NCBI GenBank assembly: GCA_951406725.2
Contig: OX597828.1
Coordinates: forward strand, 47,926,001-47,990,000
DNA from: Octopus vulgaris
Taxonomy: Eukaryota
Direction of reading: 5' to 3'
Length of the DNA stretch: 64,000 nt
The notes under the pieces were generated by a model. It saw nothing but the letters and a program-made list of their open reading frames with translations. It was not told the DNA's origin and did no database searches. This document shows, one piece after another, positions 27,468 through 39,831 of this stretch (its first letter is position 1; each line of letters starts with the position of its first letter). The position numbers were made by a program, and so were the translations under genes.

Positions 27468-27999
27468 GAGCATAGGAGAGTGGATGTTAATGTGATGGTG
27501 ATGATGATGATTGACATCAGGAAAGCCTTCAACCTCATTCTTTGATTTTTCACTCACATAAAAATACTCAATACCTATTTCTTTACTAGCCACAAGGGGC
27601 TAAACACAGAGAGGACAAACAAAGACAGACAAACGGATTAAGTCGATTATATCGACCCCAGTGCGTAACTGGTACTTATTTAATCGACCCCCGAAAGGAT
27701 GAAAGGCAAAGTCGACCTCGGCAGAATTTGAACTCAGAACGCAGCGGCGGGCGAAATACCGCTAAGCATTTCGCCCAGCGTGCTAACGTTTCTGCCAGCT
27801 CGCCGCCTTATATACTCAATACCATTTTAAGGAACAACACAAAAATGCTGGCTTGCAAAAAGTGTCTGTTATGCCTCAAAACCTATGTATGTTGCAAGAA
27901 CAGCACTTCCAGAAGTAGAGGCCTTCTGGGTAAAGTACCAGAGACGTTTGGCTTTTCATCCATTCTCTTCAACCTGAGTTTAAACAATACCGCACACTC

Positions 28000-28560
28000 T
28001 GAACAAAGCATACAGCCTGTCTCTCATGAGCAATGGCATCACATTCTCTGACCGTTCAGCATTCTCTACACATTGCTGAACAATTCTTCCAACTCTAAAA
28101 ACACAACCCCCTTGAAGCCTGGCAATATAACAAAAACAACAAGCTTCAAGTACCCCCTATGAAATCCCTTTCGACAAGCAACACCTGAGAACACCAAATA
28201 CACCTGGCCATCAATCACACTTGTCAATGTAAACATGCCACAAATAAAAAAAAGATAAAAATACTTGGTGTCATATGAAACACCTTCGCAAAACACTGAC
28301 ACACAGAAGACACGGTAAAGAAAGCAAACCAACACAATTGGCACAATTACAGGTACCACATTTGGTCAACAGGTAAAAACTGTAATGATGTACAAACAAC
28401 GCATTGAAATTATTACACACTACACAAGTCCTACCTGAGTACCCAATCTCCCTCTCCACAACAAGCCACAAGGAAGTAGCAAGAACAATAAAGACTGCAC
28501 AACACATCATAACTGGTTGTACACAGACTATGTTTACACACTACCAATACAAGGAAAGGA
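28000..28560 (+). mobile_element. Highly decayed LINE reverse-transcriptase remnant
   Basis: KILGV and HIITGC remnants in RT-thumb order, with many frameshifts. Confidence 0.45.
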
Positions 28561-31500
28561 AACAAAAAAAAACACAGAAAAAACAACAAAAATGAAAGAC
28601 CAACTGGGCATGCAACGAGCACAGTTTAATTTCATCAGTAAGCTACAATCTCTAAGTACAGTTTGTGCTTAACACATGGATAAATCGCCTCCAAACATTT
28701 AAACAACCAAGAACACTTACAATACTACTACTACTACTCATTCAGACAAACAAAGAACACACCCACCCACATAGTGATAGTGTTGATGTTTCACAACCAA
28801 CATTATTTGTTCTTTAAGTATAAGTTTGAAAACTGAGTCAACAGAAAGGTGTTGGAATCTTAGAGCAGTTTAACCCTTTAGTAATTAAACTGGCCATATC
28901 CGGCCAAAATAGTTAATCTGTTTTATGTTCAAACTGATCAGATCCAGGCTCTCACACCTACCCTACAATGTTATTCTACATTAAGTAATTACACCATCAA
29001 GATCTTGAAGATATGAGATAATGCATGATTAATTCAAATCAATGGGAATCAATAAGCATTATGTTTGATAGGATAATCTGAACACTAAAGGGTTAAATGC
29101 ACAAGTCTCTGGTATCCAAGTAGATAAAAAAAGTATCAGCAGAAGAGTACCCAGAGTACCCAAGTGTCATGACTTGAATGTGGCCTGCCCCCCCCACACA
29201 CACACACCTTAGAGAATAAGAAGTTAAGGGTCAAAACACTTTCCTCAGAGGTGGAGTGGGGTCATCCCTGAAGACCTACTATTCACCTCTCTTGGGAGTT
29301 TCTTACCTCATAGAAAGAGATGCAACACCAACAACTGCCTTTGGTCCCAAATACTGCAATGAGATGCACACCACCACCAGTAAGTGCAGAGAAACAGCAA
29401 CTATTCCATTGACTCATTCCACCTTGCCCACCTCAAATGAGGCCATCCACAGACTCTACAGGTGTACAGAAATGGGAAGCAGAGAGTGTGCAACATGTCC
29501 AGGTTGTGTTACACTGTACTCACCACGTGATTCATCATTGCATGTTGGAATGGGCAGCAGTGAATTGCTGCACATCAAACTGTGCATTGATGGCCATTGA
29601 TGGCAAGACAGATGTAATACTGTATAATTGGGAAGACGAATTTGTGGGGAATGTCTTGTCGTCTGGCTCACTGACTGCGACCACCTTGGGATTGTCTGAC
29701 CAGAGCTCACCAAGGGTCGCACAACAGCAACAACAAAATCTTAGTAAACATCACACAAACGTACAGAAAGTTCCATGCAAGTGTGCACACACAAAATATA
29801 ACATACAGAGACAATGTAACACTGAACATTAAGTAAATAAAAAAATCATCTAAAAAGATATACATACATACATACACACCGCACGCACACACATACATAC
29901 ATACTGCACGCGCACACATACATACTGCACGCGCACACATATGCTCACACAATATATATCTTGCATTTAGAATTTTTCAGTTCATAATCAGAAAGACAGA
30001 TGAGAATAAACGAATAATTAATATTATCAATAAATAATCTTTTGTAATTTTGATTGAAAATAATGAAATTTAATTGTCAGAGCTAATTATAACAAGAACA
30101 ATATTAAGGTTAGTGGATGGAAATATTAAAAAAAAAGGATACATCATTAAGAAACAACAGTAAAACAGTGGGGGGAGCAATAAAGAAAGGTTAGACGTTA
30201 ACAAACACTAATAATAAAACAAAGGATAATGTACATTACGGAAGTGTAATTAATGGTAAAATGGGGCGGGGCATTATAGATTATAGAAGGAACAGTAGTA
30301 ATAGTAATGTAGTGGATGGAGACAATATAAAATAGAAAGTGATGATATTACAAGGAGGGGGGAGGTAGAATATAGAGGGGAAGGAGGTGACATTCAAAAC
30401 ATTTATAGTAAAATAACAAATTGGCAGCAAGGAAATTTGGAAGCATTAGACACAAGGTCTCATATTTATAAGAGCAGGGCAATGAGATGATGTGGTGTTC
30501 ATGCATTTTCTCAATATGACGATAAGATGATGTGTTCATGCTTTTCTCAATATGATAAATACCAAAATGCATCAACAGAAATAACACAGAATGAGATAGG
30601 GTTTTTTTACTCCTCCCCCCACTTCCACCCCCTCTTCGGGCCCTCAACCAACAGAGGTGAAAGTCGGTAGGTTGCATGCAAGAACAAAACGTGAATGCTA
30701 GACGAGGTAACAAGGCCATTCCTGCAGCTTTGGCACTTCCCCATGCAAAAATGAAAGGCTTGACAAAGCTGACCAATACACAAGGAGATAATATATATAT
30801 GATTGTAAATACATTCACATGCATATATTTGATTCAAAATTTATCCACAAATACGGGCCCAGTACATTAGGTATTTTATATATACAGATATATATATATA
30901 TATATATATATACATATGTTTTTTATATATACATATATATAAACTGTTAAGACATTTATATACAATTTGTCTAATGTGTTCCATTGCACACCGCAGTGAC
31001 GGTTAATACTTGTACTACTCAGAATTATATACTCTATCGTTAAGAGTTGTAAAAATATATTAAAAGATATATATATATATATATATATTACATGTGGTGC
31101 AAACAGTATCTGATACAGAATGCAATAGATTGGGTAGAGTGGATAGTTGTTTATACATTCATGAAAAGCCCAACCCCGGGGTGAGGGTGGGGGGTGAAAC
31201 TCAGAGCACAGTGTCAACCCTTGATATAACAAAAACAGATTTACATTGAGAATAAATTATATAATTATATAATTTAACATTATTTTAAAACTAAGAATAC
31301 TTAGAATATACACACATACATACACACACACATATGCATGTATGTACGTATGTATGCAGACTAGTAAAGCATCGAGAAATTCACTTTATTCAAGACAAGA
31401 TTCAGTAAAACGATTGTAAATCTATAGAGAATAAAACGTTTTGTCGTCGTCTTTTTTTCAACTATGGAAAGAAATCAAAAGCATAATGTATTGTAGGCAC

Positions 31501-33091
31501 AGGAGTGGCTGTGTGGTAAGTAGCTTGCTTACCAACCACATGGTTCCGGGTTCAGTCCCACTGCGTGGCACCTTGGGCAAGTGTCTTCTACTATAGCATC
31601 GGGCCGACCAAAGCCATATGAGTGGATTTGATAGACGGAAACTGAAAGAAGCCCGTCGTATATATGTATATATATATATATATATATGTGTATGTTTGTG
31701 TGTCTGTGTTTGTCCCCCCAACATCGCTTGACAACTGTTGCTGGTGTGTTTATGTCCCCATCACTTAGTGCTTCGGCAAAAGGGACTGATAGAATAAGTC
31801 CCGGGATTGAGTTGCTCGACTAAAAGCGGTGCTCCAGCATGGCTGCAGTCAACTGACTGAAACAAGTAAAAGAGTAAAAGTACCCAAGTATTTACATTGA
31901 TAAAACACTAGGCTGATAAATATTTTGAGAAAAGAGTAGCCGTCTTTCCTCATGAACATTTCACCTATAGTTCTTCCTACATTGTGTCCAAATAATTACT
32001 GATAACTTTTAATGTTTGAGAGCTAACAAGTTCATAAGAAAGAATGTAGTTTACAAAGGTGTTCTCTCCTAAGACTGCGCTTTCAGTACTACCTATGTAT
32101 GTAAACTTTAGGCACTCTCAAGAATAAATACTATTTCAAAAGAAATTACATATTTCATGGTTCTCTAATAGCTTCTAACAATTTTATACCTTGCAAAATA
32201 ACTGCAGAATTTCCACAGGCACAAAGGTTGTTGAGGAAGGAAAAAATTGATAATTTTGTTTACTCATATTATTTATAATGTTCTGCTAAAGTAAGTTTAA
32301 TTTTATTGTGGAGGGATGAAGGTTAGAGTTTGTGTCAATAGGAGTGGGGTATTAAGCTATGGTGACCTTAATGGAATGGAAGCACTCCGTCAGTTACGAC
32401 GATGAGGGTTCCGGTTGATCCGAATCAACGGAACAGCCTGCTTGTGAAATTAACGTGTAAGTGGCTGAGCACTCCACAGACACGTGCACCCTTAACGTAG
32501 TTCTCGGGGATATTCAGCGTGACACAGAGAGTGACAAGGCCGGCCCTTTGAAATACAGGTACAACAGAAACAGGAAGCCTTGTGGAGCTTTTTAGGTGTT
32601 TTCGCTCAATAAACACTCACAACGCCCGGTCTGGGAATCGAAACCGCGATCCTATGACCGCGAGTCCGCTGCCCTAACCACTGGGCCATTGCGCCTCCAC
32701 GGTGACCTTAATAGTAATAAGCTTAACTGAAAAGGAGAGGGGTGGAGGCACATCTTACTTTAGCATTACTCTGTATGCTAAAGATACTAAGTAATCTTTA
32801 GCATTCAGATTACTCTGACAAATGTAATGCTTATTTATTTTAAATTGTTTTAAATTAATTGTACTGCTGTCCTGAACCCTAGAACTGGCCGGCATTCATT
32901 TGAGGGAGTGATGTGATCCCAATTATTTAACTGGCACTCTATTTGTTACGCCGATGAGGATTCCAGTTGATCCAACCAACAGAACAGCCTGACTCATGAA
33001 AGTAATGTGAAAGTAGCTGAGCACTCCAAGAAATGAGTAGCCTTAATGTGACACAGAAAGTGAGGAGTCTGGCCCTTTGAAATACGGGTAT

Positions 33092-33527
33092 AACTCATTT
33101 TTGCTAGATGAGTAGACTGGAGCAAGGCGAAACACAACACACCGGCAGGAATTGAACTCATGACCTTATGATTGGGAACTGAATAAAACTAGGTACTTGG
33201 CTTTAAGAGTCCTGGGGATCAAGGAAAAAAAAAGGGCGTAGGTGGTGAACAGTAGACATCCAGTGAAATAATATAGAAATAGTGAATTATTATTATTATT
33301 ATTATTATAGCTCAGTGAGCCAGCAGAATTGTTAGCACGGTGGACAAAATGCTTTGTAGTATTTCACCTATCACTACATTCTGAGTTCAAATTCTGCTGA
33401 GGTCAGCTTTTCCATTCACCCTTTCAGGGTCGATAAATTAAGTACCAGTGAAACACTGGGGTTGATGTAATCGACTAGTCCCCTCCCCCCAAAATTTCAG
33501 GCCCTGTGCCTTTAATAGAAAGGATTA
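33092..33527 (+). repeat. Arm 1 of a 435-bp inverted duplication (arm 2 at 40975-41410)
   Basis: Reverse-complement match along the full length, including non-SINE sequence such as aactaggtacttggctttaagagtcctggggatcaagg. Confidence 0.95.
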
Positions 33528-33739
33528 CTGCTGTTACTACTATTATTAGTGGCATTTAGTCTGTCTTTACATTCTGAGTTCAAATTCCGTCAAGGTCGAC
33601 TTTGTCTTTTATCCTTTTGCGGGTCGGGTCAATAAAATAAGCACCAGTTAAAGTAATGGGGTTGATGTAATTGACTTACTCTGCCCCCAATTCCAGGCCT
33701 TGTGTCTATAGTAGTAAGAATTATTATTTCTTTTTATCT

Positions 33740-34175
33740 CCTGGAGTCTTACATGCATAGCAGGCTTACTACCTGCAGCCTACAATACCATGCTATCTGT
33801 TCTTTTCAAATATCTAATACTTTCCTTATTATTCTGGCTGTGCCAAGGAGGCAAATCTTTTGTAATAATTCTACCGGGCACTCTGTTCCGATTCCCTTTA
33901 TATTCCTCTTCATACCTTCTTATACTGTCCCCAAGAAACCAACAATAATTGGCACTATCTTCACCTTCCTCATTTTCCATAGCCAGGCTATTTCGTACTT
34001 AAGAGAATTGTATATATCTACTTTTTCACCTTCCTTCTTGACAAATTGCGAGTCAAAGGGGTACGCAACATCAACTAGATAGCACAAGTGGTGCATCTTG
34101 TCCACCACTACTAGGTCCAGTCTGTTATACTCTAGCACCTGATCTGTTTAGATTGGGAAATCCCAGATAAAGAGT
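33740..34175 (-). mobile_element. R4/Dong-like non-LTR element 3' fragment (restriction-like endonuclease)
   Basis: WDFPI..TD...NRLDLVVVDK...LVDVAYPFD...EKVDIYNSLKYEI...IVPIIVGFLG; adjacent to (TAA)n. Confidence 0.85.
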
Positions 34176-34725
34176 TGTTATTATTATTATTATTATTATT
34201 TGGTGAAATCTTGACAATGTGTTGACATATATACTCAGAGTTTTAGGCCAGTGAAAAAAAAGCTGCTTCTATGTGAGGAGGTGGGGGTGGGACAAAACAC
34301 GGTGGCTGTGTGAGGTATTATATAGAACTTGTGTCATGGCTACTATAATGACTAGAAAAGCCATTTAGTTAAGCAGATGCTAAACTAATAAACAAACAAA
34401 AAAAAAAAACGTTAAAAAAAATAAAACAAATTTAAACAAATATAGAAAAATAAAATATATGGTCGCTACTAAATTAATTTTTTCAAAATTATAACCAAGA
34501 ATAAAAATTTATGAAATTTAAATGGAAATGAAGAAAGAAATTCTATTAAAAGAAAAATCAAAAGTGAAACAAAGAAGTTTTGAAATGAAGAAACAGTAAA
34601 CGAAAAAGAATGTATTTTGGAGACCTCGATCTTTGGTGTTAACCTGGATTAGAAAATTATCATAGATTTGGAAATACAGGAGGTAAAGAACAATGAAAAA
34701 GGAAGGGAGGAAGCAAGTATTAAAA

Positions 34726-34768
<43 letters not shown>

Positions 34769-34796
34769 AAAGAGGAGATGTGGAACACGAGTTGTG

Positions 34797-34912
34797 ATAT
34801 ATAAAAAAAGGAAATGAAGAAAATGCTGACAAAATAATTTAAGTAAGGGAGAGTGTATTTAATTAAATACACTCTACTTAAATTATTTTGTCAGCATTTT
34901 CTTCATTTCCTT

Positions 34913-34921
<9 letters not shown>
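34797..34921. repeat. Palindrome (about 60-bp arms) between (TA)n tracts
   Basis: Centre agagtgtatttaattaaatacactct; arms ggaaatgaagaaaatgctgacaaaataatttaagta. Confidence 0.93.
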
Positions 34922-34951
<30 letters not shown>

Positions 34952-35244
34952 CATATATACACACATTCATGTATATAGATTTATATATGCATGGTGTGGC
35001 AAAAAAAAAAAAAATCCATTTGTTCACTGTTCTTGATAAACACATCATCAGCAAACAACACCTACACTGCGCTCTAGTCAAAACTATGTCGGTAAGTGTG
35101 TTTACCATTTTTTCAATGACCATTATGGCTTGAACCAGCACACACCAGTGCCATTTGCAGAAATGCCTAATGTCTAACAAGAACAGAAGGTTTTTTTGCT
35201 GCACACACAAAATAGATTACATGCGTGAGTGTATTATATCTATC

Positions 35245-35245
<1 letters not shown>

Positions 35246-35282
<37 letters not shown>

Positions 35283-35309
35283 CACACATACAAACACACA
35301 CACATACAC

Positions 35310-35340
<31 letters not shown>

Positions 35341-35357
35341 AACACACACACATACAC

Positions 35358-35422
<65 letters not shown>

Positions 35423-35434
35423 CACATACATATA

Positions 35435-35473
<39 letters not shown>

Positions 35474-35519
35474 ATACAAACACACACACATACACATATA
35501 TATATATATACACATACAC

Positions 35520-35550
<31 letters not shown>

Positions 35551-35632
35551 CATATATATATATACACATACATATATATATACACATACACACACACATA
35601 AATTAGGTTACAATGTGTGTGTGTGTGTGTGT
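35246..35632. repeat. Compound (CA)n/(TA)n microsatellite
   Basis: Directly visible; explains six overlapping low-complexity ORFs. Confidence 0.97.
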
Positions 35633-36938
35633 AAATATATACATATATAAAGAAAATGGAGGTATTCAAAATTATTTATTTAGCACTTAAATCTCACTTC
35701 AAAGATTCTTCGGGAATGATGAAGGTCTAAAACAAGATGAAAGCACTAAATAATTACCCAAAATATTGACTACCTCCTTTTTCATAATATATAAAATCTG
35801 TACACCACATCAATCTACACACACACACACACACACACACGTACACAACATGTAAATAGTAATTCATAAACATTTAGCAAAACATGCAATATAAAAATGA
35901 AGTGAAATGGTAAAAAATACAAATTTAGCAGATGATGATGAAGAAGAAGATGCTGAGAAAGTTAACTCCACAGAGAAAGAAGGAAGGGGAGGGGAGAAGG
36001 GTGGCATTCTATTGAAATGACAGCTTCATCCAAGTTGTTCCGACATAGATATTTGGTAGAAATAAGTCATTAATAGCAACAAATGAACCTGATCTTTGGT
36101 AAAGAGATATATTTCAGCCGTTTTATTAACAGATCTCTGTTGAAATGCACTGGTTTTGTTTTAACTGATTTTTTTAAAAAAAAAGAGAACTTAGTTAATA
36201 ATTCATTATTAAATTGGTGGTTGGGTTATAAATTTACATGAGATTTTGATGGAAGGTTTTTACTTAAACCACTTTAAAAAATGTAGTTTATATAGTAGGA
36301 CCAAGAGTGGTCTCAGACAGGCTTGTAAAAAAAAAACAAAAAGGATCTAACATTACAATCACATATCATCATCATCAGCCGTTCTTGTTCCAGGTACCAC
36401 ATAAACGGCACCCAAGTGGTTGGCATTAATAAGGGCAACCAGCTGTAGAAACTAAGCCAAAACAGACAATTGGAGCCTGGTGCAGCTCTCTGGCTTACCA
36501 GCTCTCGTCAAGTGGTGGCTCATGGCTTAGTGGTTAGGGTGTTGGACTCATGATTGTAAGACTGTGGTTTCAATTCCAGGACCAGGCGACAAGTTGTGTT
36601 CTTGAGCAAAATACTTCATTTCATGTTTCTCCAGTCCACTCAGCTGGCAAAAATGAGTAATTCTGCAACATACCAGCGTCCCATCCAGGTGGCAAATTTG
36701 TATGCCATGGAAACCAGGAAACCAGCAATTACAGCAAGACTGAAGAAGATAATGTTACCTTTACTTTATCAAACCATCCAACTCATGCCAGCATGGAAAA
36801 TGGATGTTAAATGATAATGATGACGTACTGAATTAGATTCAAGCTGAAAACTAAGTAGTCTAGTGGATAAGAAAGTTACTGTATTTAGTATAAAACTAAT
36901 GGAGACTAGTTTAAATCTAATCCAGTATTACATAGATA

Positions 36939-37376
36939 TCTCTCTCTATATAAACGGCAGTTTGTCTGTCTGTCAGGTTGTACCCTCATCCTGATCATGG
37001 CTTTCAACTGATTCTGATGAAACTTGACACATACATAGCCCAATGTCATAATTCAAAACTAACGCAGCGAAAATTTTGAAAAGTTCCCCCAGTTCTGAAA
37101 AAATCGATAAATTCGACATGGGGTCGAGAATCTAAGCTTTTTATATGCAACACATTTTCTGGGCTGTTCACGCGTTGGGAGGTGCAATGATGTTTTCATG
37201 TTTTCGCCCAAAGGGACAGCTAGGAACATCGTATACACAGAAGTATTCGAGTGAAGAGAAGACATTGCAACCTACACATGCGCCTTCGTTCCCTAGAGGG
37301 AAATGACTAGATTGGGATTAGTCGTTGCTTACTAGGGGCTCTTACATACCCGGGCAACGCCGGGCTATGCTGCTAG
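36939..37376 (+). mobile_element. Non-autonomous Helitron
   Basis: Inserted between A and T, 5' TC start, subterminal GC hairpin cccggg-caacg-ccggg, 3' CTAG end. Confidence 0.8.
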
Positions 37377-38279
37377 TTAGGGAATAAAATACTTGATGAT
37401 GACTGGGAATCAAAACAATTGCAATGAAGCATAGCTGTAAATATTAAAAATGAAATTGGTTCATCCCAATTAACAAGGTTAATTAATCCAAAGAATTATA
37501 CTTATAATTAACAGTAACTAATTAGTGCAAAATATTATGTGATCATAATTAACTATTCATCTAAAGAATTTAGTTTCAAAATGTTGAACAAATAACATAT
37601 TATTTAATATAATATATTAATTAAATATAATCAGAATATATAATATATTCAGATCATAATATATCAAAAAATTTTAAGATATTCCTGAAGTTTTTATATA
37701 CATTCTTTCTTTCAAAATACATAGGTTCAAGATTTTTTTTACACAATACATAGTCATCATATATATATACACACACATATACAGCCACTGTGTACACCTA
37801 ATCCATAAGAAAGTATAATATAAGCACTGTGCCCATAATAGACAAAACTAAGTAAAGAACTTTATAGAGAAGAGAATTTTAGAGAAGAAGCAGTTTTTAC
37901 AATGTTTACATACCAACTTGAGCAAGGGTATGTATACGTGTGTGTGTGTGTGTGTGTGCATATATACATATGTGTATGTATACACACACATATACATATA
38001 TATATATATATATATATCTCATCTTCGTTTAATGTCCGTTGTCCATACTGGCATGGAGGGTTTGACTGGGCTGGCACGAGGGAAGGCTGCACCAGGCTCC
38101 ATTCTGATTTCGCATGGTTTCCAACAGCTGGATGCCCTTCTTAATACCAACCACTCCCAGAGTGTAATGGGTGTTTTTACGTGCCATTTGCATGACACTG
38201 GTATCTGCCACAACTGCGATTTTGCTTGGCTTGATGGGTCTTCTTCTCAAGCACGACATAATGCCAAAGGTTTTGGTCA

Positions 38280-38555
38280 TTGCCTCCATGAGGCCCAACA
38301 TGCAAAAGGAGCTCGGCCACTTTGCCTCAGTGAGGCCCAACATGCAAAAGGAACTCGGCCACTTTGCCTCTGTGAGGCCCAACACTCAAAAGGAACTCAA
38401 CCACTTGCCTCCATGAGGCCCAATGCTCGAAAAGAATTCAGACACTTGCCTCAATAAAACCCAACGCTCAAAAGAAACTCAGCCACTATGCTTCTATGAG
38501 GCCCAACACCCGAAAGGAACTCAGCCACTATGCTTCCGTGAGGCCCAACATTCAA
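38280..38555. repeat. 42-bp tandem repeat, about 7 copies
   Basis: gaggcccaa recurs at 38290, 38332, 38374, 38415, 38498 and 38540. Confidence 0.9.
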
Positions 38556-38585
38556 GGTTGATTTTCTTACGTGTTACCTATATAT

Positions 38586-38799
38586 AGGGGTAACTGAGAA
38601 ACTCCTGAGTTTGGGGTAAAAGAAAATAGAGGAGGATCAGTTAATCATCTTTTTGTTCAACATATTCCCCTCTCAGATTCACACACTTATTGTAGCAGTC
38701 CTTCAGTTTTTCTAAACCCTGTAAAAGAACTCAGAAGGTTGGGCCTCCAACCAGGCCTTTCGTGATACCCTTAAAGCCAAGGACTTTTCAACACCCCCT
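38586..38799 (-). mobile_element. Mariner-derived MITE (partial copy also at about 51240-51310)
   Basis: Minus strand encodes GLEKLKDCYNKCVNLRGEYVEQK (mariner C-terminus); imperfect TIRs. Confidence 0.7.
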
Positions 38800-39043
38800 T
38801 TGTGTGTGTATGTGTGTAATATATATATATATATATCCCATTGGTACTTGGTGCCATGTAAAAAGTGCTGATGATGGTGCCATGTAAAATGCACCCTGTG
38901 GTTGGCATTAGGAGGGGCATCCAACTGTTTCTACAACTGGATGCCCTTCCTAAACAGACAATGGAACCTGATGCAGCTCCTGGCCTTGCCAGCATGCAAA
39001 ATGGATTTTAAATGTTGATATATACACACACACACACACACAT

Positions 39044-39432
39044 CACTGCTATTACGCAAAAGTCTCGTAAGTCCAAACCGTAGCTTTTTTCAGGAAACGA
39101 AAAAATAGTTTCACCATTCCATTTCTTTTGACATTAAGCAACACATCTTAACACTAATAAGATATTGGGTGCATAAAATCGTAATTCCATGCATGTATAT
39201 TTTTCAGTCAGAAATATTTTTGCAAAACTGTCGTAACGTGGGGCTTACTATACTTTTGAAAAACGCTAACCCATAGTACTACACTTTCACAATTTTCATA
39301 TCTTGACATCTGAAGCAGCTGGAGATACGACAGTTTGACCAAAAGGTCGAGCAAATAAAATTAAATCTTGGGAAAAAAAAAAACCCCACACATTTGGCCA
39401 AATTTGGACATATGGCAGTTTAACACAATAGC
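39044..39432. mobile_element. Degenerate TIR element
   Basis: tgctattacgcaaaagtctcgtaagtccaaa versus the reverse complement of the right end, tgctattgtgttaaactgccatatgtccaaa. Confidence 0.45.
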
Positions 39433-39692
39433 AACTATATATATATATTTCTTTACTACCCACAACGAGCTAAACACAGAGAGGACACACAAGGACAGAC
39501 AAAGGGATTAAGTCGATTACATCGACCCCAGTGCGCAACTGGTACTTAATTTATCGACCCCGAAAGGATGAAAGGCAAAGTCGACCTCGGCGGAATTTGA
39601 ACTCAGAACGTAACGGCAGACGAAATACGGCCACGCATTTCGCTCGGCGTGCTAACGTTTCTGCCAGCTTGCCGCCTTGTGTATATAGCAAC

Positions 39693-39724
<32 letters not shown>

Positions 39725-39766
39725 CGTGCGTTCACATACATCTATACACACACACATAATGTATAC

Positions 39767-39831
39767 TCAGTGAGTGAGGAAGATGAGTAGTTCCGTGATG
39801 CCCGTGCAGAAGTGAATCTCCATTATGTGTA
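39767..39831 (-). other. Diverged third exon-8 paralogue '8c' (65 nt) ending in TGA: (V)HIMEIHFCTGITELLIFLTH*
   Basis: ctgtctcag|TA ... TGA|gtatac; gap-free alignment to [22 protein letters not shown] with the same phases; splice sites are weak. Confidence 0.5.

Noticed and set aside
27342-27593. Functional histone H2B gene
   Set aside because: Only the last 38 or so codons are present, with a frameshift and no promoter or stem-loop.
29256-29832. Nested plus-strand gene (114 and 131 aa ORFs)
   Set aside because: No recognisable domain or exon chain; more likely a decayed repeat.
32600-32700. tRNA genes
   Set aside because: The tRNA-like A/B boxes are SINE heads attached to repeat bodies with TSDs; no complete cloverleaf is evident.
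35155-35669. Six overlapping 119-150 aa ORFs
   Set aside because: CA/TA microsatellite.
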